From Octopus vulgaris (taxonomy: Eukaryota), in the NCBI GenBank assembly GCA_951406725.2, contig OX597823.1:44826001-44890000 (forward strand): 64,000 nucleotides of DNA, written 5' to 3'. Position numbers and translations under genes: made by a program. The notes beneath the pieces were generated by a model. That model was not told the DNA's origin. It saw nothing but the letters and a program-made list of their open reading frames with translations, and searched no databases. Below, piece by piece: positions 41,831-53,099 of this stretch. Position 1 is the first letter of the stretch, and the number at the start of each line of letters is the position of its first letter.

Positions 41831-43379
41831 CTGGAGTCCCTTGTAAAGACCGAGTCGAAGTTTCGGGTGAACTGAATGATTGTTGCGAGTAACGTACTTC
41901 CTCCTTGATCCTGTTATCGCTCAACATGGTCTGCTTCTTTTCGAGCTCATTGAGTTCTTTCTGGTAGAGTTCCTTCTGTTGTTCTTGAATCTCTAGCTGT
42001 TCTTGCAGGCGCTGTTTTTGACGTTGATACTCCTTAAACAACTCCGTGTTGGTGGACCCAGCAGGCCCTGGCGTGGAAGAGGCGGTGGTGTTCAATTTGA
42101 GGTGTTTGGGGGAATCTGTTACTGAAGCAGTGAGATTATTGTTTACGGGTGAGAAAGAACGAGGTGGTGTACCAGAGGTACCTGGCTTGACGTTCTTCGG
42201 AGTGCGTAACGGCGACGATGTCACTGAAGATGACGAACGAAATGAGCGCGAATCGTCGGAAATTGAGCTTTGGGTGTTGATGACCTCGCTTTCTTCGAAC
42301 AGCTTGTCCATCGACATTTGCATAGGATTCTTTTTCATATTGAATAGCCTGGCTGCAGGGGTCATGGAGCGCGACATAGGGCTAAGTCCATCACCCGAGT
42401 CTCGACGTCCTTGCCATAAGCCGCTAGACAGGCCGTCGAACTGTGGATTTAGTGAGCGGGTCATCATGTCAGCGCCTCCCCTCGGACGAGTGGTGGGTAC
42501 ATGCGAGTGCGGGAACATGCGAGGTTTGATAGGGGTGACAAGAATCTGTTCCGACCAAGACGCTTCCAGAGATGGTTTTGTCATTGGCCGAATGTCGACA
42601 TTCATAGTCTTCTGTTCAAAAGGGCAAGAAAATGTGTCCGTCGGAATACTTTGCAACCAGGAGAGGAGGCTCAAATCAGCATCGCTGAGACCAGTATCGT
42701 TCAATAGAGATGCAAATTTCAATTCCATTTCATCTCCGTTGCTGGTTGCTTTTGATTGACAATAATCTACACAAGATTCATAGAGCAAACCTTTCAGGAG
42801 TAATTGTAACAAACGGTCGTTTTTGGCCACCAGATTGTTCTGGTCGTTTTTACGTTCGAATGGTAGCAAGTGTTCAACCAACGGATAAACTGTCTTGAAG
42901 CACTGGGCACGGGCATTACTCGGGTTCCAGTTTTGGTAATCGATATGACTAGCCAAACGAGGTAAGGTCAGTAAAAGACAGAGGTTGCTATATTCTTCTT
43001 TGGTCGGGCAGAGCGACTCAAGCGAGTTGAGACATTTGACCACTTCGTCGACTGTAAAGTCGTAATTGGCCATAATACTAGGCTCAGATTTGATACACAA
43101 TAATTCCAGATATTTGTGTTTCATAATAATATACTCAAAACGTTTCGTGTCAAAATCATCAACACTGCCCAACGGCTGAACGAAGTCCATCACATCGTCC
43201 CACTGACCATCGAGTATCAATTGACGCAGGAAGAGCATGTCGTCTGAAAAAAGTCCATTAATGACTCCTGTCTCTCGTTCGAGAGACATCATTGAAATGT
43301 TCAGTTCGCGATTCTGAAGAAATTCCGTCACAAGACGGAGTACGTCTGTTTCATTAACTACAATATTCGCAGCCGGCAT
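41831..43379 (-). CDS. WDR47: WD repeat-containing protein 47, first coding exon (LisH + CTLH + Ser/Pro-rich linker + coiled coil); WD40 exons not found in window
   Basis: Translation (VLRLVTEFLQNRELNISMMSLERETGVINGLFSDDMLFLRQLILDGQWDDV, KYLELLCIKSE, LLLTLPRL, NDRLLQLLLKGLLYESCVDYCQ, SDADLSLLSWLQ) matches the WDR47 N-terminus. Consensus donor CCAG|GTAAGT at 41831/41830, phase 1. Confidence 0.93.
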
Positions 43380-44596
43380 TTTCAGAAATAATTAAATAGA
43401 TCTCCCACACAAAAAAGAAATATTATTTTTTCAATAACAAAAGTGTTCACTTCAGGAAATGAAAAGAAAAGGAATTCTTTGCAAAGAAAAAGACTTTTTC
43501 CTTCTCTTTTTTTTGCACTAAAATAGATTTCCCATATCTTTGTTGAATTTTAAAACAAAATCTTCCGATATTTAAATTATTGCGTCACGACTCCATGACG
43601 CAGTTTGTCATTGTCGGAATCCAACTGTCTGAAGACTATTTTCAGGCTTGTAATGAATTTAACAGAAAAAGAAGGAAAGGGTAGAGATAAATTAGATAGA
43701 TATAGGATGGAAATAGACAAGGTAAGAAATATGCATTACAAAAATTGACAGACAAAAATAGAAAGATTTATCAGGTGATATCAATCGGCAGATTAACCGT
43801 TCACAATATAAGTTCCGTTGAGTGAATTAGAAAAAAATCCGAGATTTTGGTAAAACAGTGTAAACTAAATAAATCCATGGATTATCAAAGTAGCAGCCAC
43901 AAGACACATGTAGATGTCGGACTTCGAATAGCAGAGGAAAAGATCGGACCGAACCGAGTAAAATCCCAGATAAAATGATAATAAATGTATATTCACACAG
44001 CTGCAGAATTATTGGAAAAAATCGTGTAATACCTTACATTGGCGACGTTTACTTTTGGGCCAAAGATGTAAATTCTCCTCTTTTATATACATCTTCATTC
44101 TACTGAATCAGTTTTGTTTTCACAACTTGCAGCCATTCAGCCTGGCGTTTATTGCCGGAAGTTGCCGACAAATACCGTAAAGGAAAAAAAAAATGAAATG
44201 AAACATTAAATAGATATTTTAATAAATAATATTGTTTATCAATTTTATTTTTATATTTCAAGGATAATCTATGCAAAAAAATTCAGTATGTTAAATAACT
44301 ACGAAATGTTTTATCTTTAAATAAACTCGAACCAAAGCATATAACATAGGAAACAAGCTCTCATGTTTATGAATATTAATTGTGTTGGCTTCAAATAGAT
44401 ATAAAAAGTTAAGTACTTACTGTTTGTAATGAAATAAGCTATCAATAAACTACGACAGTTGTTATAACTGCGGATATTTTACTTGAAATAAATTAATGGG
44501 TTGATGAGGAAGTTTGAGTTTCGAAACCGGACCGGAAGAAGATATTTTTTTTTAGTATTTTTCTTTACTTCCTGTTTGTAATTTTTTTTATCCAAG
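43380..44596. promoter_or_regulatory. Shared bidirectional promoter / 5'UTR region of WDR47 and EEFSEC
   Basis: Divergent ATGs about 1.2 kb apart. No recognisable TE and CpG retained. ETS-like CCGGAAG at ~44155 and ~44532; inverted TGCGTCA/TGACGCA at 43581-43602. Confidence 0.7.
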
Positions 44597-44876
44597 ATGT
44601 CTCTTCGCACGTTCAACTTCAATGTTGGTGTGTTGGGGCACGTGGACAGTGGCAAAACAAGTCTGTCGAAAATATTAAGTACGACAGCCAGCACTGCTTG
44701 CTTTGATAAAAACCCCCAGAGTAAAGAGCGTGGAATTACTTTAGATTTGGGTTTCTCTTCTGCTGTTGTCGATATTCCCGCACACCTTGCTGAATTGACT
44801 TCTAAATATGAGCGGCTTCAGTTTACTTTCGTTGACTGCCCAGGTCACGCTTCTCTCATTCGCACCATTATTGGCG
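44597..44876 (+). CDS. EEFSEC: Selenocysteine-specific elongation factor, coding exon 1
   Basis: FNVGVLGHVDSGKT (G1), STACFDKNPQSKERGITLDLGFS (G2), DCPGHASLIRTIIGG (G3), typical of eEFSec. Donor GGCG|GTAATT, phase 1. Confidence 0.96.
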
Positions 44877-44979
44877 GTAATTGAACGATTGAATATTTTT
44901 CACTTTTCATAATTTTTTTTTTTTAATTTACATGTATAACCAAATATACGGGATTATATCCTTTCAGGACACATGGGTA

Positions 44980-45049
44980 TAGCTGCATAACCCATGTGCT
45001 CTAGTTGCATAACCCATGTGCTCTAGTTGCATAACCCATGTGCTCTAGT
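44980..45049. repeat. 22-bp tandem repeat x3
   Basis: Unit TAGTTGCATAACCCATGTGCTC. Confidence 0.9.
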
Positions 45050-46045
45050 AATTTAACTTGTTGAATTAGCTTATATTAAATCCTTTTTCAAGTCACTAAT
45101 TCATTCTTATTTTGATATTGGAATAGTCATTTTTTTTTTGTTTTTTTTTTGGGTTTCGTTATCTTATTTAATTATGAAATTTGAAAAGCGTTTTGAAAAC
45201 AACTATACCCCTATACTTAAACTATTAGCTAAATAAAAGCTATCAACTAAAAATACAAACTATATCTAACTCAAATAAAACCAACATTAATAAACAACGA
45301 AAATATTGAATAACTAATCTTATAATGTTTACTTCTCAATACGATTATCAAGTTAAATTGTAAGACGTTTCTCAGTGAAAAAGAAGAAAATAAAAAGGCT
45401 CCTTTGGAAAAGTTAAAAAAAATACGATTATGTAATTGAAAGTTTTTAGAAGAGTAATGTATGAATGTAGATGTATTACTGGCCCGACATGTGTTAAATA
45501 TCTGTATATATATTACAAGACATGATGACATAGTCAAAATAAATTTCGACAAGATACAATTTCTTGGCTATCGTTTCATTTCATCACGCCGACAGCCAAG
45601 TTATTTATATAAATATTGCACAGTCATTGACTTCAATTTAAATGGCACCGCTTTAGCTAAAAATTGCCTTTAACAATCTGTAAATTTGCCGAATATGTTT
45701 TTAAGTATGTCCTTCGTCATCTCCAGTACAAAACGAAAGCGATCTTACATTAAACAATTGGAGTAAGGGAAATAACACGCTACCAATTAAACAACAAATC
45801 TCAGTTCCAAAAATTGTTTAACCTGTCAGTGTTAACAGTTAGTGGTGTTTCACATATCTCACACCAGACTCTAGTTCTTGAGAAATTTGTAACTGCCCAC
45901 ACTATTGGTTGTAAATAACACAGTAAAATATTAATATGCGATACATTTGGAAAACAACCAAATAAGTGGTGTCTAGAAAGTTCTTTTGATGCCTTGTGTC
46001 CATACGTATTGTAGTATTTTTGGTGGTAATTTTTTTAGCAAGAAA

Positions 46046-46668
46046 TTGGGTGGAATTTTGGTTTTAAGCACCTCTCAATTTTCTTTTCTTTTTTTTTTTA
46101 ATTTTTAGAAAACTTTTGCGAATTTGTGTTCTATAGACGGAAATTCATCCGATTATGAAAAAAAAGAATTGTGTTCTATACATGGAAATTCATACGATTA
46201 TGGAAAAAAAAATGTCTCATTTAAGAGCGATTTAGTAGGTGTTTTTAACACATCCCACGACCAACTGATACCTTCCTCGTTTCTTTCTCACCTTCATCTC
46301 GTTTAACGTCCGTTCTCCATGCTAGCATGGGTTGGACGGTTCGACCGGGGATCTGGGAAGCCAGAAGGCTGCACCAGGCTCGTGTTTATTAATATTTTTC
46401 TCCCCTTAAACACATTTAATGGCATGATGATGCACCCAAGGGTGACCCATTTTTAGGATTTAAGCAAAAAATACTGGACTACCCGTATTTTAAACTAATT
46501 TAAAAACAAAAATTCGAATAAGATTGGTGGTAGTGGTGGAGAATTAGAAATAAAAATACAAAAAATTTTATTATCGTATGAATTCCCGTCTGTAGAGCAG
46601 AAATTTTCTGAAAGTTCCCAAAATTAGAAAAAAGTTTTAAGGGTGCTTAAACCAGAATCCTACCAAAG
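46046..46668. mobile_element. Non-autonomous DNA element with ~120-bp terminal inverted repeats; SINE-like fragment inside (~46295-46380)
   Basis: Left arm GGTGGAATTTTGGTTTTAAGCACC...ATAGACGGAAATTCATCCGAT matches the reverse complement of ATCGTATGAATTCCCGTCTGT...GGTGCTTAAACCAGAATCCTACC. Confidence 0.65.
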
Positions 46669-47349
46669 TTGTTTGTTACAATATATCTTTTATACTTCTA
46701 TTATAACACATACAGCCTATATCTTAAACACAACAGCTATAACTATTGTGTGATTGATTAACACCTGTTTTCCATTATTTAATAAAACATTAGGAAAATA
46801 TTTAAGAGCACTTCTTCATTTTTTGGGACCCACGGAAGTAAAAAGTAGGTGTTTTCTAGATCAGAAAGTTTTTAGAACTTTTTTAATACAAATAATAAAG
46901 GGATTAGTATTTTCAAATGTTCAAATCCATTATCAGGAAATGCTTAACACCATTTACTTGACAAAAACATTTAGGCATTTGTATTTGAATTTCTGCAGCT
47001 GTTGTCATATGCCTTTTCAAGCTCCCATGATTTATTTGAAGACCTGCTGTAGAGTGAATATTTGGTTAGTTGTACTGTACTCAGGACAGAAGCCAAACTA
47101 CTCTTCAGCTAGCTTGGGCTCAACAATTTCCTTACATCTCTTTTCCAGACACCTAATATAGACTTTACATGGAAATTCCTCTAATTTTAGGTACTCTCTA
47201 CTCCCTTTTCAAAAATTGGGTTTATCACCTTGGATTGCCATTACTTGACTGTCTTTCCAGCTGTCATAGTTATCTGGTACACACAAACCAGCTAAAGAAT
47301 ACCTTGTGTGTTTAAGATTTTTAATGTCTTAGACTAAATTTCATCCTCC

Positions 47350-48310
47350 TGGGTAGTTTTATCAAGTTCGAGTGCTTTAATTAACTCTATGACTCCAACC
47401 TCTGTGATGCAATTTATTTGGTCCAACAGAAGATTTATTGTGACTGGATTTAGATCAGTAAAGTATTCTATCCACCTCCCAAGGATGCCTTTCTCTGTTG
47501 ACAGAACCCTCTGAATTCTTAATGGCAGGTGTAGAAGAGGGCTTCATGTTAAGAAGCTTGTGAATTGTCTGCCAGAATACTTTTTTGGTCAATCTAAAGT
47601 CAGAGTTCAGCTTAACAATGAAGTCTTCTCATGACTTAGCTTTGGATTGTGTTACTGTCTCTGCTGGAGCTTTTTACACCTCAGGGAGGGAGACTTGTTT
47701 CCAAGCCAAGCTTTGTAAACCTTCTTTGCTCAGATGGCATCTTCCTGGTTAATCTAGGAGGTTCTTTTACACCTAGCACAACACTGAGCAGCTTCCATCC
47801 ATAACATTGTGCAACCAAAGAAAAAATTGTTGAACAAAACAATCTGCACTCCAACTTCCTCAATTAGTTCCGGAAGGCCTCTGAATTTAAATGCAAGGGT
47901 GTTTATGTATTTGTTTCTGATCCCACTTTATTTTGTAAGTTGTGCTGGACTTAACAGCTTTGTGAGTTCTTCTTACTGTAGATAATATTAGGGCTCAGAC
48001 AACTATGTGGTGATCAGTTGATATATCTGCCTCTTTATTTACACGAATGGCCTGTACAGAATCAAAGCAATCTGAAACAATAATGAAATCTGTCAGTGAC
48101 CACTGTCCCAAAATATCCCTATACCATGTGTACTTCTGGATATCCCTGTGTTGGAAGAATGTGTTCATAATGGAGAGCTTGTTTGTAGCATAGAAGTCAA
48201 GTGAGGCCCCTTCATTCACACTGAGTTCAGGATCAACATTCCTCTTCCCAGTCATTCATTCCTTTCTGTGTCTAGTGGTCAGTGCCAACTTGTGTATTGA
48301 AGTCTCCTTG
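47350..48310 (-). mobile_element. Degenerate RTE-clade LINE endonuclease fragment
   Basis: GDFNTQVG; LSIMNTFFQHRDIQKYTW; DFIIVS; STDHHIVV (APE endonuclease motifs). Left boundary approximate. Confidence 0.8.
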
Positions 48311-51300
48311 TAGGACAGGTGACTTAGCCTTAACCACATCATCTTAATATATAATATAATTCTAATTTTGGCACAAGGCCAGTAATTTTAAGTGGGGTTG
48401 GGTGTGTAGTATATGTTGATTACATCAACCTTGGTACTTGACTGACTTTATTTTATTGACTCTGAAAGGATGAAATGCATAGTTGACCGTGGCAAGATTT
48501 GTAGCCAGTAATAACAATTTTGAGTGCAAATTGAAATTATCCTCCAGCCTAAATCTAATCAAGAGGAAGAGCTCTATACTGAATATCATGAAATATTATT
48601 ATGTATGGAACACCAGAATTTTTGATAATAGATTCTAAATAGTGACAGGTATTCACCTATTTCTGAGTCCAATTCTTGACAGGATCAACTTTGCTTTTCA
48701 TCCTTTCAGGGTTTATAACATAAAGCACCACTCAAACCCCACCCCTCAAAACTGCTTGATTTATGTATAAATCAGAAACTATTATTACAAATATTCTAAC
48801 AGAAAGGTATTGAACTTCTCTAGTAAACTCAGGCCTCCTAAGCCCTTTTCTGTAGTGTCTTTATTGTGGAGAGTAGTGGACTGGTGAAAGTGTTAGGGGG
48901 TTGGATGAGATAGCCTGCAGCATTCATTTCAACCCTTTGCTTCCGAAATTAAGGTTTAGGGGTTTTACTGCTGTTTTCTGGACAATGGCTTTAAGAAAAG
49001 TATGCAAACATCAATTCAAAAACTATATTTTTACAGTTTTATCATCTCCATGAAATTGTTGCTCTAACATATGGCCACATACACACACACTTGCACATCC
49101 ATATGCACTGTGCTTGTCACTGACAATAATCATTTGAAACTGCCAAAGCAACAAAAGAGAAACAAAAAATTTGAATATAGCCATGCTATCAAGGTGTTTG
49201 TGTTGAGTTCTGTCCTTTTACATTCCTTTATGAAAATATAAACCTCATGGTCGATCGCATCATCATGCAACATTCATGTTCCATGTTGACATGGGTTGGA
49301 TGGCTCACTAAAAGAAATCACTAATAATATTCAAAAAAATTATTTGACCAGTCACCAAAGTTTGGTCTCTCATTTCTTTTGTAGCCCTTGTCTTGACGGA
49401 TTTAGTGAATTGAGCAAGTCATTACTATATTTGCCTTCTCCAATTAATATAGACATAAGAAGACTGTCCATTCCATATTACTCAAGTATCTTGTAGAAAG
49501 TTATGCTTTACTGCTGCTTCAAATGTCCCACCCCTTTTTTAAAATCAAAAACAAGTTCTTTGTGCCATTCTCTACCATATATTCACAGATACAGATCACT
49601 CTTAATCTCATGTTTTCAATGAATAATGGCTTTCATGAATTTAAGGTTCTCTCCTTTCCATAAGTATCCAAGTCTTTTGAACAGAGCTGATTTGTATGAC
49701 TTGTTTAGGTTTAAAATTGAATCAGATTGTCAGTAATTTTGAAAGAAGAACCAAGAGGAGAATTATCCAAATATTTATGCATATCATTATTTTTAAAAAA
49801 ATTATATCTATTAGTTACAGTGATGACTGTGATTAAGTTTGCTTTGCGGTCTTACAGTTCTAAATTCGTTCCTTTCTACCATAGCCATAGCTTGTGAGAA
49901 ACTGTGCAGAAGTCATCTGTGTGTTTATATCAGCTAGAAGTAAATAGGGGTATGTGTGAACAGAAATACCCTGTGGTATTTGTCCAAGTTAATTCCTGTT
50001 ATGCTAATGTCCACTTTGCAACAAAGTAAAATGGACTTTGGTTGATATAATTTGTTAAAATTCATGTGTCTAAGCATGGCTATTGTCCAGTAACTGAAAC
50101 CTGTAAAAGAATACAAGAATTGATGCAAGGAAATTCTGTGACATCATTGCTAATTAACCATATATCATGTGATGTATAAATTTCAAGATGTAACTGGATT
50201 AGTCTTGAATGTATTGTTAATGGTGCATAAATTGTCAGTTTCTGTTTTGGACAGATACAAAATATTAATTCATATTTTTTACATTTTTTAACACAATTTA
50301 CAATGCATTATTCTTATTTATATTTTGCATTATGATGTAACTATTTCCATTAATACGTTACATTTAATTATTTTAAGTGTCCAGAATGTTCTTTTTATAT
50401 CAATGTCATATCAGGGATCCAGAAAGTAAACTATCTCACTTGTTCATTGTACCAAATTATTTCCTCAATTTTCTTTTAGATAGTCTCAGTTTCTTTTTAC
50501 AAAGTGACCAACTGCCACTGAGCAACCAGTTGCATGTTAGCACATTATTTACTAGGTAAACAAAATGGGTTATCTTAATCATATGTCTGAGGGCATGAAC
50601 TTAAGACACATGGTATGTATTGAGGGCACCAATTAGGAAGTAAGTTTGATTTTTTTTTAACTAAAGATTTAGATTATAGGTATATATATATATATATATA
50701 GTATATTAGCTATATCACCGAGAACATTTCCATTTAATTTTATATCTTGGAAGATCAAGGTTGAGGCACACCAGCCATACATGCGACTCACACACACTTT
50801 AAACAAATAAAATGTAACCTGGATTTTATATACATTCATGATAAAACTCCATGCTAAGCTAAAACATCATTTTACTGTTCATATTTTTATATAAGCAAAA
50901 GGGATGATTTTGTCTCACATAAATAAGAGTCAACTAATCAAATCAAAAGCCAGTTTAATGACTACTATCATTATTCTAGTTGTCTGCAAGTCCCTGTTCC
51001 ATTCCAGATCATTTTTTAAACTATTCATCCATCTACACCCACTTTTTTTCTTCTACATTTTAGTATTTTTGGAAAATTGCTTATCACAAGAAAATCACCT
51101 CTAGGCATGTTATCTTGTAGTTCATTTCATGAAGTGGCAAGAACCATTTCAGTCACCTAAAATTCTTTAGTAAAAGATTTGTCTGATTTTGTGAGTTATT
51201 GGATAACTAAAATATTCTCCCTAGCAGTATCCTGGATGAGAAAACAATTACAAGCTGGGAACATTTCTATCATTTTCTATCCTATCATAAAAATTTTGGA

Positions 51301-51744
51301 AAACATGTGTTTATTATAGCACTGATATTGAAATCTTGTTGTAGCTGGGTCTGTAACTTAGCAGGTGAGTTGGCAGTTAAACATCTTGTATAATGTTTTA
51401 TTAGATTGTGCTGATTAGGACTTCTTAGCTGTTACATCTAATTGAAGGAGGTGAAGAAGCTTTAACTTGGCTTGGTCTAGTAGCTTGTAATGAGGCCATG
51501 CCAGGTAAAGTTTTATGGCTTTTATGTACAGATTGATTCTGTGATGCTAAATGAAAGATTAAAAATATGTTATCACTCTTCTTGAAGTGATGCAGATAAT
51601 AAAGTCTTGTAAACTATATTACATAAGAACATACTGATAATAAATATATTAACGTTGACTTTTGAATATTATCTATTATCATTATAAAAGTATGAAAGTG
51701 TTTGTATTGGTGTTTAATTGGTAGAATATCAAATCAGAGTTGAT

Positions 51745-52155
51745 TCTTTTTCTTTTATTCTTTTACTTGTTTCAGTCATTTGACTGTGGCCATGCTGGAG
51801 CACCACCTTTTAGTCGAGCAAATTGAACCCAGGACTTATTCTTTGTAAGCCTAGTACTTATTCTATCGGTCTCTTTTTGTCAAACTATTAAGTTATGGGG
51901 ACGTAAACACACCAGAATTGGATGTCAAGCAATATTAGGGGTGATGGGGTGGGAGGGGAGGCAAACACAGACACACACACGCACATATATATACGACGGA
52001 CTTCTTTCAGTTTCCGTCTACCAAATCCACTCACAAGGCTTTGGTTGACCTGAGGCTGTAGTAGAAGATACTTGCCGAAGATGCTACACAGTGGGACTGA
52101 ACCTGGAACCATGTGGTTGGTAAGCAAGCTATTACCACACAGCCACCCCTGCGCC
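51745..52155 (-). mobile_element. CORE-type SINE
   Basis: Full-length reverse complement of the 12987 family. Confidence 0.85.
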
Positions 52156-52472
52156 TATTATTGAAAGAAGTTTTTCAAAATCTTCATAACAAATCTGGTT
52201 GAACTGTCAAATCTAAAATCTCTCATATCAACAAGATGGGAGGCTGAATTTAACCTCAGCCAAACGTTTATGTGGTGGGTCTACTTACATTTGTATTCCA
52301 TCTCAATGATATTCACTGCCTGAATATTTAAGGTAGTCATCTCCCAGTCAAAGGTCTAACTTATTGGGTTCAACCTTTTCTTACCATATTTATATTAAAA
52401 TGCACTGCCTTTGTTTCAGTTACTTTTGAAAACAAGGAAGTTAAAATAATTCTGTCTTTATTAAAATGGTAT

Positions 52473-52700
52473 TTAACCCTTTTGTTACCATATTTCTGTT
52501 GAGATGCTCTGTTTCTTTCAATTAATTTTAAATATAAGAAAGAATTTAGTAAAATAACTTAGTTATCATTAAGCTAGTGTTGGGAACATAAATTGTGACT
52601 AAAATTTGGTGGAAGATTTTAATTCAGAACTTTTGAGAACAAGACATTTGTACTACAGAGCCAGAGGCAGATTCAGGCTGGTTGGTATCAGAAGGGTTAA
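52473..52700. mobile_element. piggyBac-like MITE
   Basis: TTAA-CCCTT...AAGGG-TTAA termini. Related CCCTTT/AAAGGG-ended elements at ~4330-4480, 6880-7090, 7850-8075, 20918-21508, 26590-26818. Confidence 0.75.
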
Positions 52701-52839
52701 GGTGGGAAGCTGGCAGAATCGTTTGGCATCTCAGACAAAATGCTTAGTGGCATTTTGCCAGTCTGCATTCAAATTCCACTGAGGTTGACTTTGCCTTTCA
52801 TCTTTTTGGGGTTGATGAAATATGTACCAGTAGAGCCCT

Positions 52840-53099
52840 CCTTCGGTCAGTGCTGATCATGGGTAATATCCTTGCTGTTTTCAGCTCAGCTGAAGCAGTG
52901 TCTCAGGTAGCTAAACAAACCTATTCATGAGTGACAAGTATTAATGTCCATTGGAGTTACAGTGCTCCTTTTGATGGGCTCACACATACTGCTGTGCTCA
53001 TTAACCTCTTTTCCCCTGACTTGTGTTCATTCAGGGTGCTCCTCCATGTTGGCTGGTCAGCTGCAAGACTCTCCCAGGTCTCTGTGTTAATGACAAGAG
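52840..53099 (-). mobile_element. 5'-truncated RTE (BovB-like) LINE
   Basis: Minus strand gives INTETWESLAADQPTWRSTL and TCHS*IGLFSYLRHC (RTE ORF2 C-terminus). 13-bp TSD CCAG(T/C)AGAGCCCT at 52827-52839 and 53100-53112. Confidence 0.75.

Noticed and set aside
42046-42759. 237-aa plus-strand ORF
   Set aside because: Antisense shadow of the GC-richer WDR47 exon; non-ATG start and no recognisable domain.
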